NCBI RefSeq assembly: GCF_011386835.1
Contig: NC_088812.1
Coordinates: 17,980,001-18,044,000 of the forward strand
Reading direction: 5' to 3'
Source: Chrysemys picta bellii
Taxonomy: Eukaryota
DNA: 64,000 nucleotides
Below the pieces are notes generated by a model, which was not told the DNA's origin, made no database searches, and saw only the letters and a program-made list of their open reading frames with translations. Below, in pieces: positions 39,778 to 52,954 of this stretch; the first letter of the stretch is position 1, and the number at the start of each line of letters is the position of its first letter. The position numbers and the translations under genes are program-made.

Positions 39778-39798
39778 CCCAACAACTGAAACTGCCTA
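39778..39798 (+). promoter_or_regulatory. Near-perfect miR-196 complementary site in the HOXC8 3' UTR
   Basis: CCCAACAACTGAAACTGCCTA versus the perfect complement CCCAACAACATGAAACTACCTA: one bulge and one G:U. Matches the known Hox8 miR-196 site. Confidence 0.92.
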
Positions 39799-41849
39799 GT
39801 TGAGAACGCACAGTATTGTATTATTTTATTGTGCTTATAAAGTAGTGTAGAACTAAATTGCACTGAATGTATAGTTATCTATTTGTCTTGACTTATCTGT
39901 TAATGCAACATGCTCGGAAAAAAAGTCATTTGTTTTATGTAAAAGCATAGTTCTGCGTGTTCAAACTCTGAATGTAGCAATTTCTGCCAGAAGCCAATTT
40001 CTGGACACCGTGGATTTGTATTGTATACGTGAGACATTACGTAAATAAATAAATAATAATAATTAAAAAAAGATTTTAGAAGGGCTGAGTTGCGTAAATT
40101 GTTATGCATTAATTTAAAGCCATTCATACACACACATACACAGTTAGGAGATGCCAATGAGTCCCAAGTAATATTTCATACATTCAAGTTACTGGTCCCC
40201 ATGCTCGCACAGTTCAAAACCAAGAGCCATCTTTAAGTTGCAAGGAAATCAGGATGTCTGACTCTTGGCACAACTACAATAAATGTGGGTAATTAGACAT
40301 GGTGAATAAGCGGGGGGGGGGGGGCAAATAAAACCTGGTATTATCATTACCAATGCAATATTGTTTACTGATATGTAGTCTTAGGGTTTTTTTTTTAACT
40401 CCATTTTCAAGTTGCAAGCTTCCAGAAATATTCATTGTTAAAATTCTTCTCTTGGTATGAAACATGCCTACGCATGTCCACATTACCCTATAGTTCTTCC
40501 TTGGGGTGGATGGGGGAGGGGGGGAGAGGAGAGAAAGAACAATGTATTAAAAGTAAATAGCTTTATTTTACTTTCCTCAGCTGGGAACTTCTACTGAAAG
40601 GTCTCAAAAGTGTAACATTCTAGTCTTCCATAGCTCTAAAGTGCAGCAAATCCTTCACTCTTTCTTTCTTTGCTCAAAATGAGGTTACAATAACCCAGAA
40701 GATTCAGAATTTTTCATGTCATACGTATGTGCAATTTGCTACTTGCAAGCGATCGTTATAAAGCGATTGAGAGATTGGAAAGAGATTATGTATACATTAA
40801 AATGTGCTTTAACTACGTTGTAGAGATATTCATAAGCCATACTTGGACTGTATGCGAATATAGTTAACTAAGTGAAACCCTTATAAGCATCTTACGAAGA
40901 AAATTGTCATGAAAGCAATGAATAGCTTTTTCAGATGCAAAATCAGAAATTATTTTTATGAATAAATAAATCAATCCCAGTTATCTCTCTTGCACCTGAA
41001 GATGTCCAAGTGACACGACACTGAATCTCTTCCAATAAAACCTGAATGTGATGACTTCAGTTCTTCCCTTTGTAAAATAGGAATATTATAAATATGACCC
41101 TCAGCGTCATTTTGTTAAACCATATATACTGCTCTCGAAAATGTTTCTTTTTTTCTTGTCTGTTGATAAATGGACTACATCATATAGTCGTAGTGGGTAT
41201 AAAAGTGACGGGTTGTTTACAACGATAGTATAGATAAGAAAGCACAAGATTCCTAAGATACATCCTGATGCCCTGAACTATGTCTGGAGAAGAGACTGGG
41301 GTTTGGGACATTCTTAACCCAAAACACCAAGATTAAAGGATTTAAATGCTTCAAATAATTGAAAATGTTGGACACTGCTCAGGAAGAGTATACAAGGAGG
41401 AAGAACTAGTTTATTACATATTAAACCTATACTGATATGTATAGCCATACACCCCCACAGATATAATGCATGTGTCTGTGCAATATGACTATGTGTAAGT
41501 GTAATTCTAGATTTCTCGTACCGTTTATGTGTGTATGCATATATAAATGCTCAACACACACACACACAAGGCATAGGCATATGGAATATGAATCTGCGTA
41601 TGTTTCATTCTAGAAACCTAGTGCAGATTGTATGTCGTGCATGTATTCACGTTCAAAACACAAACACAAACAATGCATATGCATATGGAACAAGGACGGG
41701 TGACTGTCTCATTCTAGAATTCTAATGCAGATTGTATGTGTGCCTATTATTCATGTTAAAAACACAAACACAAAATGCATGTGCATATGCAATAAGAATG
41801 TGTCTATATAGAATTCTAGGGCAGATTGGGGGGTGAGGTAGAATTGGAA

Positions 41850-41850
<1 letters not shown>

Positions 41851-41933
<83 letters not shown>
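41851..41933. repeat. (ATCT)~21 microsatellite
   Basis: Read directly. Confidence 0.95.
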
Positions 41934-44900
41934 GAATTCTCAGTATACACTCCCTCCACTCCCGAATTCTAGAATTATACACAAGCGCACACACACTTCT
42001 ATGTTATTGCACATTCTAGAGTGGACATAATATATTCATGCACTCATTTTCTCCATTAAAGCGCTAAACATAATACGGATCACTATAGGCTTTTCCATTT
42101 CGAATGTAGACACTTAAGGTAAACTGTTTTATTAGGCATAAAATAGGCTGGTTTATCTCAACAGAGGTATACTCTTCAGGGTTATTCATCTGCCATTTAC
42201 AACACCGTAGTTTTCTTCCGCTTGGTTCAAGAGAATGGATCTATGCTCTTCACACCTTCTATAGCAATGTTAAGGAGCCTTTGCAGAAAGCAGCGTGTGC
42301 TATTTCTATACTTTTTTTAAAGGTCTTGACGAACTCATACTGTTCTTAGAGAGGTTCAAAGAAGAAAGATAACTTATCAAAGTGTTCTGTTTAAAATTGT
42401 TAAAAAAGCTGTATGCGCAGTCTATCCATCATATTTAAATCCACATCTCTAAGTAGTTTTATATGAACGAATATCACATAGCGACACTCATCTATCAAAG
42501 AGTTAGGAGTTAAATTATTGAAACTACAAGTGAAGCAGTAACTTTTGGGGTAAATGTTTATGCTGTCTAGTCAACACAACAGAGTCGCATCTTCAGTTGA
42601 CATCCGGTTATTTTTGTAATCACTCCACCATTTCAAGAGAAAAGGAGAAAAGACCATTTTATGGGGTAAAGTAATTTGAAAGAAGATACGCTGTTCACAA
42701 AGTGGCTTATTCAGAAACAATCATTGCTTCAGTATTACTGAAATTAGACTCATCTACCCGCCTGAAGTGAGAAATATCCTATTTCACGCTTTTTATTAGC
42801 CAATCAAATTTCCTTCGGATCTCCATTTGTGATTTGTGAAAAATGTAATTCCTTAAAAAACTGAGTTTGAGCATATTGCTCATTTTGCCTTAATTTATTA
42901 TTCTAATCATAGCAGCAGCTACATGACAATGCAGCCATTAGGCTAAAAAATTCGTTTAGATTTTATACTCGAAATGGGCAAAGATTATATTTTAGAGGCA
43001 ACGAATTTCTCGGGCATTTATTTTATTTTATTTTATTTTATATTTTTTGCACTGCATGCAGATAGGCAGGAGGATGGGTTGAAAAAAAGACGAGGATGAA
43101 CACGGAAAGTTTGAAAAACAAAACTTGGAAAGAAATGAATCCTTCCACATTTTCTAGCTGCCATATCCCCCCAACCCCCACACACACTTCTTCCTAGATT
43201 TGATCCCCTTTTACCTTTTCCAAGGGGTGTGGGGAGGGGAAATGATTTCGCGAATATTTAATTCAAGGAAAGAAGCGAGAGGCTATTTTTCCAGACAAGG
43301 CTGTTGGATAAAGGGAATGAGAATTAAATACTGAAGTCATGGGCCCTAATGTTTCAAGGGCGGGGGGAAATGTGTCGGACAGGTTACCCTCTGCCTTGCA
43401 GGGATAAAATTTCCTGTTCACTGTATGGATTCTATTCTCTGGTCTACTCGTTGGAAAATGAGGAGTCCATTGTGTTCTTAGAGCTGTTGTGGTGGTTGCT
43501 TCCCCCTCGTAACTTTTAACTACCTGTTATAAAATTTATTGGTGGTTTGTAAAGTGAATAAAGTAATTTCCCTTCCATCCGGTTGTATTACAACCTTTGT
43601 GTTGTTCGGATAGACAGACAGACAGACAGACACACTTAGCAAAAAAAAAAAAAGAAAAAAAAGAAAAAAAAAAGAAAGAAAAGCAAGCAAACCAGAAGTA
43701 CCTGCAGAATTGAACTCTGGAAATACGGGAGTATGGTATGAAAATGCATGACAAATGACATGTTCAGTTATTGCGACAAAGTTGTATTTTTCCCCCAAAG
43801 CTTTCTGCCATGCCTGGCCCTGAAGCTAGGAGTTGGGATTGTAAAATGTTTCTGCAAGGGGAGAGAGGGGGGAAAGTGTAGCATTTAATCTAAACTAGCA
43901 GATCTGGTCTTTGCGGTTGTCTATTTGCAGACTTGTGGAGGTTTCCATAGGATCAAAGCAGGCCTGTACCCGACCAAAAAAAAAAATCTTTTGACTCCAA
44001 ATCAATATTTTCAAGTGTTTGCATAGGCCCCAACTAAAAACTCAAAGAAAAATAATATCGCCTGTTATATAATTCATGCCCATCCAATCGCATGATTGAC
44101 TGAAAGGACCAGACTCTGAGATGTTTCCTTGAGAACTAGTATTAGCTGAGATTTCCAATCACAGAGTGATTAAAAAAAATCCCTCCATGAAACTGTAAAA
44201 TTGGATCGGAAGCTGTTAATTTAAAAAATCACACCAACATTTATGTTAAAAACGTGGGAGTTTATGGGTAAATACCGCATCAACTGCTCAAGTTTTGACT
44301 ATTATTTGGAGAACTTCACTCGTTTCAAAATCTTAATATCCCAGGACAGGGTATGGAGTTTGGCTCATGCCAAAGAGCAAAATTATTATAATTTAGAAAG
44401 CCAAAGACGGGTTGAGGATAGCAAATTTGTGTTGAGCTTGCCAAGGAAAGTGGACACACCCTTTCCTAAGAATATTGTGTTGCAGACACGGTTTAATTCG
44501 GTTAGCTGGAGGAGCTTGCAGACACAAATAGTGTTATTTAGCTTTTCCTACATCCTGAAAATTAACACGGTTTTATAATGTTTTTATTTTTAAACCCTCC
44601 AGTTCACCCCTTTTCTTTCCTGCCTCTTTAAAGTCCACCCTTCCTCCATTTTGATCTCTCTAAGTAGCCCAATTAATTAGTGATAATAAAAATAAAAAAC
44701 ATTATATTGTGAAGGCCATATCTCCCTGGTCAAACAAAAAAGGCTCCACATTAAGACAGGCACTAATGCTCAGAAATTAAAATCTAGTGCGGGCGCGCGC
44801 GTGTGTATATACATATATAAATATATGTATTTATATATACCCAATATTAATTTGCTTGCTTTAATTGGGAGGAGGGGTGAAGAGAGAAGAAAAAATTACT

Positions 44901-45004
44901 AATATTAAAAAAAAGAATTGTATAAACATGGCGACAGACGAGAGCATTTGCACTCGTCACAAAAATGCAACGCATTCCTGGTTGTTTGCAGAAAATTTAC
45001 AGCT

Positions 45005-45065
45005 AAGCAATAAAAGTTTACGACTGAATCACAAGTTGGATTGGCCACAGGAAGTCATGTGGACT
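45005..45065 (+). promoter_or_regulatory. Promoter of the distal shared exon
   Basis: CAATAAAA 45008-45015 facing TTTACGAC 45017-45024 (Cdx/posterior Hox), reverse CCAAT 45040-45044, ETS-like CAGGAAGT and E-box-like GTCATGTG immediately upstream of the exon. Confidence 0.6.
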
Positions 45066-45080
45066 CCATCCATGAACGTG

Positions 45081-45534
45081 AACTTTTTATTGTGGTTTCT
45101 CTTATGACTCTTTCACAGTAGTCCTCCCTTTAACAGTCCAAGCAGTGCCAGGGATAGGATGGTATTTTTCCCCCACCTAATTATTAGCATTATTATTATT
45201 TTTTTTTAAATCTAGATTTTTTTTCCCTCCTTGGGGTTGGAATTGTTGGTTGCTTTGGGCATTTTGGGAATAATGAGTTTACTGCTGCGTCTTGTTGCCG
45301 CCTCCTATTCTCCACCCCTAGGGGCAAAACGCAATACATTGCCTTTGGAGGATGCAATGATGAGGGGCACAAGGAGTTGTAAATACCTTTTTTTTAAGAG
45401 AAAAAAATAGATGCCTTCCCAAGCTTCCCCCCACCCCCTGTCCAACCAGAGAAGAATTATTTTGCTTTTGTTTTCCATCTTTTTTTTTTTTTAATCTTTC
45501 TGTGGAGCTGAGCTGCAGCGTCAGTGGAACAGAA

Positions 45535-45567
<33 letters not shown>

Positions 45568-45599
45568 AAGAGTGGGAGAGGGGGAGACAGGCAACATTG
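45081..45599 (+). other. Shared non-coding 5' exon of HOXC6/HOXC5/HOXC4 transcripts (5' end approximate)
   Basis: Starts AACTTTTTATTGTGGTTT...AGTCCTCCCT and ends TGTGGAGCTGAG...(AG)n...GAGTGGGAGAG, as I recall the human HOXC6 variant-2 leader. Strong donor TTG|GTAAGT at 45600. Confidence 0.72.
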
Positions 45600-48500
45600 G
45601 TAAGTGTTCCCTTATTGGCTAAAATGTGTAACTAATGATCCATAGCAATGGGTGTTAAAGATAATGATGCATCGTTTTGCGAGCGAGGGGTAGGCGAGGG
45701 GTGTAGCTTGGATATGATAGAATATGGTCAGGATCGGCACAAATGTAGTTAATTCGGTGAAAAAAGGGTTTACGGGTGGTGATGTCACATCGGTGGGGAG
45801 CTGGTTTGCTGGAGACAGACAGAGATGCGTGCTGCAGTCTGCCTTTCCATTTACAATGGGGCAGTGTTAACAGGGGTGGTGCTGTGGTGGGGAAGGGGTG
45901 GGGGGGGGAAGAGACATACTGAAAGGCCTAAGAAAAACATCTGATCTACTGGTTAAACTAAAGGAGCCGAAAGGGCTCGGTTGGAACCTTGGGGCGGTGG
46001 GGGGGTGGGAAGAGAACAGAGAACCCGGAAGCGACATTTTCCATGGAAATAAAAAATAATCCCAGTCCAAACTTTTAATAAGAGGCAATCATTGACTATC
46101 TAGCGCACATGCGCAGTGTAGGCAGCCAGCCGCATCCAGGAAGCGCCGGAGCAGGCTTTTTAGTGCCATTTTTAATGAGCAATTATGGGTTTGCTTCTAT
46201 TTGTGTGCATCAGACACAGACTGGCTCGCCCAGCCCCCACGGGTTTCAACAAATGATTGAAATGGAGGGGGAGATGCCGCCTTCCCCCTCAGAGTTTTTT
46301 TTATTTTTAAGTACTTTTTAAATTTCGAGATCGTCCTTTATTCACAAACTCCGCCTTCTGGTCTAAATAGACTTTAAAAATATGATTACGGTGATTACAT
46401 TGTATTCTTTCGTCCCAGAAGGAACCATTTCAAATATTTATTCCACCCTCTGTTTTTGTATAGTAATAACTTTCTTCTGGGATATTTTTATATTGGTTTT
46501 CATGTTGTCATATTGTTATAATTATAACTTTGTTTAAAATGACGCTGATCTTTACATTTTATGCTGTCTTCAATTTTTCTCCTGTCTTCTAATTTCTCGA
46601 AATAATTGTTGTTCAGTTACAACCTATGTAATTTAAATTATAATCTCTTTCCCTATACTTCCCCCCTCTTTCTCCTTCTCTCGCTCTCTCCATTCATTTG
46701 TTCACTCGTTCCAGAGAGAACAATATATGTGATGTGTATTGGTTTAATTTAAGAATGTATGTAATGTATTAGCTTAATTTCCTCGAAAGTATATATCTCC
46801 TTTCTTTCCTGACATGACAGCCCCTCATGAAAAAAAGCATCTATAGATTTGTAGTAGAAATTCCTGTTGGTAAAAGTTACAGTACAAAACAATGTACCTA
46901 AATAACAACATGAAGTAAAAGATAAGCCAGACATTGTTGTGACTAAGGGTGGGATGGGGGAGGGGTGACAAAGACAATTCTTGCTTCCTGTCTCATTATA
47001 AATTACTACTGTCCCCCTTTCCATATTAATACAATATGTGGAAAAAGGCATCTAGAAAGGACTCTGCGTTAAAGTTGATTTGATTGATTCGTAAAACTTG
47101 CCACTAGTGAAGTATTTAGCATTTTCTGCCCTTAAATAAATAAATAAATAAATAAATAACCTCTTCTGTATTTCAGTCTTTCAAGAGACTACATAGGGGT
47201 TTATTATTACCTAATGTGATAAGTGTTTTGGAAGTTACCAGGGGATGATTCTTAATTTCATTTCTATGTTTCTATGTGTGACATAGATTGCAAAATTTTA
47301 AAACATTAATAATATGTTTATATCCTACTGTCCTTCTAAAATCCATCTATCTATGCCTGCATTTTATTCTGAAAATTATCTTCTTCTTTTGGTCTGTTTA
47401 AACCACACCACTCTCCTCACCAAAATGCTTTCGCTTTTTGGTAAGCGCAAAGAGGTATTTTAATTTTTTTTAAATGCTTCATAGAGACAATTTCTGCGGC
47501 ATACGTTTCGGAGGCATTTTTTAAAAGGAAGAATCAATTGGATTATACTGAATTAAGATTTTTTTTTAAAGTAAGAGATACAATTTTGTGTTCGGTTTAT
47601 TCACTGAAAACACATTGTGTCAGCCCTTGTCTGCAATCCGTATAGTCATAAAGACATTTTCTGAGCAAACAATGACTGTTTATTGGAACCAGCTCATTAC
47701 AGAAGTAGTATCTTTTAGGGGTTCCAGTCTAAATACATCTGCATTCTTCTCTTGAGTTGTGGTTAATGGGACCAAAAATCTGTTCCCTTTCCTTCGATAT
47801 ATTATTGCAATAGTTGCATTTACTGTTTACAATAACCACTGTCAGCTCTGCAAGGCCTGGAATTGGGTATACAAAACAATTTTTGATGTATTGATTTTCT
47901 ACTTAGGCTGACGGATTGTCATCGTTCATATACTGGCAATGCTGAGAAACATTTTAGTACGTATAGGAGGAATAACGTAATGATTTATATTCTCTGAGTT
48001 TTACAGACTAAAACAGAGGAAATAAATTGCTTCTTTTATCTATAGCATCACTACACAGGAGGGATTATAATAAAATCACCACGTGTTATTGACATATACT
48101 TGAAGAAAAATAACAGCTTTCCTACAGATAGAGCTTGTATAAAAGTGCAGGATTCTACCACATTCTTGAAATGTAAATTATGTTGTTGTAAATGTTCATA
48201 TTTTATTATATTATAAATATATCAAATATGAGCATTTAGGCTCTATAATTAATATAATGCATAAGAATGTTTGGGATAACATCATTTGTATTTTAATAGA
48301 AAGACTTCACATTCTTAACTATATGTGTATATATTTTCTCATCATTTTATCTAAGGATAAGATTATGATAAATCTTATTTTTATATATTTTATTTTATAT
48401 AATGGTAAAATATATAAAGACAAGATTATGAGCTACATATAAAGATTATGCTAAATGGGTGTGTATATGTGTGGGTGGGTGTTGTTATGCAACGCTACAA

Positions 48501-51500
48501 TGCTAAAAATATGTTTTTATTATAACGTTATAAACATACAAGTATAGTAATACTTGTAAAACAATTTACAAACTTTTGAAAATGGTAGCAATTGGAGTAA
48601 GTCAATGTACGACGAATCAATGTAGCCCACACGTTATCCAGAAATAGTATGTGATATAGAAATATATTATAAATTAACATTTGTGTTCAGTGTAAGTCCT
48701 GTCTGTGGTAATGTTAAGTACGATTTTCAATGGGGTTTGTATCTCGGTCATTACTACACGAATAAATGTTATTTTTCACTATATTTATGTTCGAAATTCT
48801 GTCCAGCAAATGCTTTTGAGAAAGAAATACGTGAGGCTAGTCATTTAAGATCTCTTTGGAGCAGACAAAATTAAAGCTTTAGTGAAAGTTGTGAGATAAA
48901 ATAATTAGAGAAAAATCATATATATATATATATATTTAAAAATGCCTAATACTGAGGTATCAAGGAATTCCTGGTCTTACCGGAGGAAAGTTAGATCTCT
49001 CGTTACTAACTCTACTAAAAAAGAAATAAAATAGAATAGAATCTCTTGCAGATTTCAGTTTAATCCTATGAATTTAAGGTTTGATCACAGAAGGCCTTCC
49101 TACATTTAAGCAGTTCCGAGCTTTGGGAAACAAAGTGATGCTAGAGACAATGTATCTCTGTAGATAATGTGTCCAGTTTATAGTTAAATAAAATACAATA
49201 CGGTCATAGCGCCAATAAGTGTTTAGACAGAAATGTAGATCAATAGATTAAAGCTAATATGATTGCAAGGATATATGATAAATATCTTTGTCAAAGTTTA
49301 TGTACAAGCCAAGAAAGACCTTTAGACATCTCAGTGCGTATTCAGTTATCAACAGAAACCAGAAGAAAATAGCTGACAAGCAAGAAGCTCTAAGAGAAAG
49401 GTAAAGGGATGTTTAAAGTCAGATGAATCTGAGATTACATACAGTGTTTCCAGTTTCTGGTTTTGTTTTTGTCTGTCGCATGTGGACACACCTTTCTGGA
49501 AAAGTCTAACCAAGAATCTGATTCGGTTTGGTCAGATTTAAGACCGTTGATTTCCAAGGGGCAAAAACCAACCCAAACCCACTGTATAATTCTAGCGTTG
49601 AAATAAGATGCGATTCCTAGATCTATGTTGTACAATTGCTATTGTTTCCACAGGTAGAGAATTTCTTTCCTCCTTTCATTCTGAGCGAGTGTTTAAATAT
49701 CTGCACGTTTTGTTTACTTGTTTTGTATACTGCCACCAAGTGACAGAAACTTGCAAACCAGCAATTTTGCAATTTGGTGCCTTTTTGTGGGGGTGGGGAG
49801 GTGGGGTGAGGTGGGGAGGAGTGGGCAAAATACCCTTACTTGAGTAATGCTGGACTACAATAAAGGCCGGATTTGCAAGGAAGTTTTAGTACCTTAAAAG
49901 AGTCAGCAATGTCTTCTCTCCCCACCTCCCTTGGAATGTCCATAAACGGCCCCCTATTAAGGTACTAGGCTGAACAGTACTTCAAAAAGTTTGGCTTCTA
50001 AAACCTATTTGAAATTCCTCCGTTGCACTTTATACCCATTCACTAGAAGTTTTCTTTTTTCTTTCTTTTTTAAAGCCCCTTTCGTTCCGTGTTACCGTGT
50101 TTTAAATCATTCCAATGTACGTGAACTCATAAAAATAGATAAGGCATGTCAACTTGGGAACGATATTTCCCCTCTTGAAAATATGAGTGTATTTAAGCAA
50201 ATCCTGGAATATTACATTGTAGCTCGATTAAAGACAATGTTAATGTATAAATTCAACAAAGTGCGTAGAGGTTGTCTCCAAATATATAGTTTAATTCTGT
50301 CTAAGTGATCGCCTCTGAAAAAGCATCATTAAGGCAACTAATATTGTTTCCTGAATTATTATTTTTTACTTGCGACCTAAGATTAAATTTCTGCTTTAGA
50401 ATCTGCGAACAATAAAATATAAAGCTGCCTATAGTTAATGACAACAATTTTTCATTGTTGAGTTATCCTTCCAGAACGCAATCAAATTGTATTCCTTTTA
50501 TTTTTAATCCGTACACCGAGCATAAATAGTTGTGTATCTATATCTATCTATCTATAGATATAGATACTCTTAATAATTGTAGCTAGTAACCATTGCCCGC
50601 GTCAACTCTGTGACGTCATAAATGCAGCTATCTTAAATGTAAAAAGCAAGAAAGAAAGAACCCCACCAAAACATGATAGTAGGGGGTATTTTCACGCAAC
50701 CAGACAGAATAACCAAGCTAAACAATAGTTTTCTGAAATGCACAGGGTGTTAGGAGTTTGCAGTGGTACCTGGCTTTAACATGTAAGGCATGACATACAT
50801 AAGATGCAGTCTGATGCACTCATTCGTCAAACTAAATAGTGGCTGAGAAATACATTTTCCTGGATCAAATGGAATATGAAACAATTGTCCGTGCTTTTGT
50901 AAAGGAGATTATAAAATGGTGGGGGTTTTTTTTTTTGGAATTACACAATGTAACACTCAATTATTTTACGTTTATCAACACGTTGGGGTTTCCCCAGCAC
51001 TGAGAATGTTTATTCATAAGTGCATTTAATTAGCAAACATTTGACGTAATGTTACATTGAAAATTGGAATATATCCATGCATTACTCATCATTACATAGC
51101 ATGTGAAGGTGCTGAAGCTAACTTTAGCAGCAACATTGTTACTTGGCAATTTAAGACAAAGAGAAGTTCCATTTCTGCGGGGAGGTTTCGATTCTGGCTT
51201 CTTTTGTTGGGGTGCGGGCCATCAATAAATCTGGTAAGGAAAAATACATAAATCCACATATTAGAAATAGTAGTTCAGGCATAATAACCATCTATTTCAG
51301 TTGCAATATGAATTCAAATGAATATAAACAAACGCTCAACAATGTTAGAAAGAACTTCAAACCTTGGTAGAAAAAGGGAATAAATTAAAGAGTGAAATAG
51401 ATTAATTTATCTTCTCTCCCCCCCCCACCCCCGCCATCTCCCAGTTTCCTGTTTATGAGATATGTGTTTTGACAGTTTCCAGAATTCTGTCTTCTTTTTT

Positions 51501-51663
51501 TCTGGCAATGCGTGCAGTGATTACAGAATGGCGGTTGCAAATCTGAGAAAACTATGCTCCCATGTTACCTTAGAACTATTATTTTTCAATTTTGGAACTA
51601 AAGGTTAAATGTTCGCACATGAAACTTTTTTTGTGTGGTGAGGATGAGGCGTCGGGCAGAATA

Positions 51664-51665
51664 TT

Positions 51666-51737
<72 letters not shown>

Positions 51738-51739
51738 TC
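51664..51739. repeat. (TTTC)19 microsatellite
   Basis: Read directly. Confidence 0.95.
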
Positions 51740-51933
51740 AAAATAACAATACATTTAAACTTATTTCCATCAGCCATGCAACCAAATTAATAAAATGGCT
51801 AGTGCATAGCAATGAATCTTCCTTCTAATTATACCAAACTTGGATTGCACTTTATGGTAAATATAGTCTTTATAACCTGTCTTTAGAGATATTAGACACA
51901 CTTGCATACAGGACTGAAGAAATAGGGTTTATG

Positions 51934-51954
51934 TAATAATAATAATAATAATAA

Positions 51955-51986
<32 letters not shown>

Positions 51987-52013
51987 TAATAATAATAATA
52001 ATAATAATAATAA
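51934..52013. repeat. Interrupted (AAT)n microsatellite
   Basis: Read directly; two interruptions. Confidence 0.9.
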
Positions 52014-52872
52014 AGTCTTCTAGGAAAGAGGTGAAAATGTAAAAAGAAAGAGCTCTATTATTGCTAATTATTGCTCTGTGCGTCTTTGTCAAGAAGATGC
52101 CTTGAAGTGGCAAATAAACCTGCCAAATAGGCTGCCTCTTTCAAAACTATCTGTCTGCGACATTGAAATAAAGTTTAAACAGTCCATCAAGCGCTGAATA
52201 GAAAGTATGCAGTAGAAGGATAGATTTCCTCTTCTATTTTAATCAGAAGCTGCCAGACTCTTCGTCCTAGGGTTTAATTACTGCAATATAACTAAGGAAA
52301 GAAGCGACTCAAAACAATGCAAAACATTTCATGTTGGGAAATAGTGGCCCATGGCGCATATGTGCCAAGTAATCCTCAAACAGATTTTCTTTTTTCTTTC
52401 TTTTTTATAAGAGCTATTTACAATAAAAGCGATATTTGACTAGGAAAGACCGTGCAATAAAAAAAGGGATAAAAAAATAATTAGAAGGCAAGAACTCACG
52501 TGCGCACTACATGTCAAGTTAAAAAAAGACCGAGATAACATATATGAGGTGAGATCAGCTAAAATCAGGAAGATATTTAATGACATCACGTGTTTACATC
52601 TACCAACTACAAAATATTCAGCTCAGATATAAATACACACCACCACTCTTTATATAGTTTATATGTTATATATGTGTAAGTGTGTATATATGCGTATTGA
52701 TACATTCATATTCTACATGTATGTATAGGTATGTATGTGGAGAAAGAATTTCTAGTTTGACTATACACATTCGTTTTATATAATGTATATATAGTATACA
52801 TAATGCATATGCATACACACATACACATATATAATTAATATATATTCAAAATATAAACTCTTTGTACACACA

Positions 52873-52926
<54 letters not shown>

Positions 52927-52954
52927 ACACACACACACACAAACAAACACACAC
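52873..52954. repeat. Compound (CT)n/(CA)n microsatellite
   Basis: Read directly. Confidence 0.9.
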
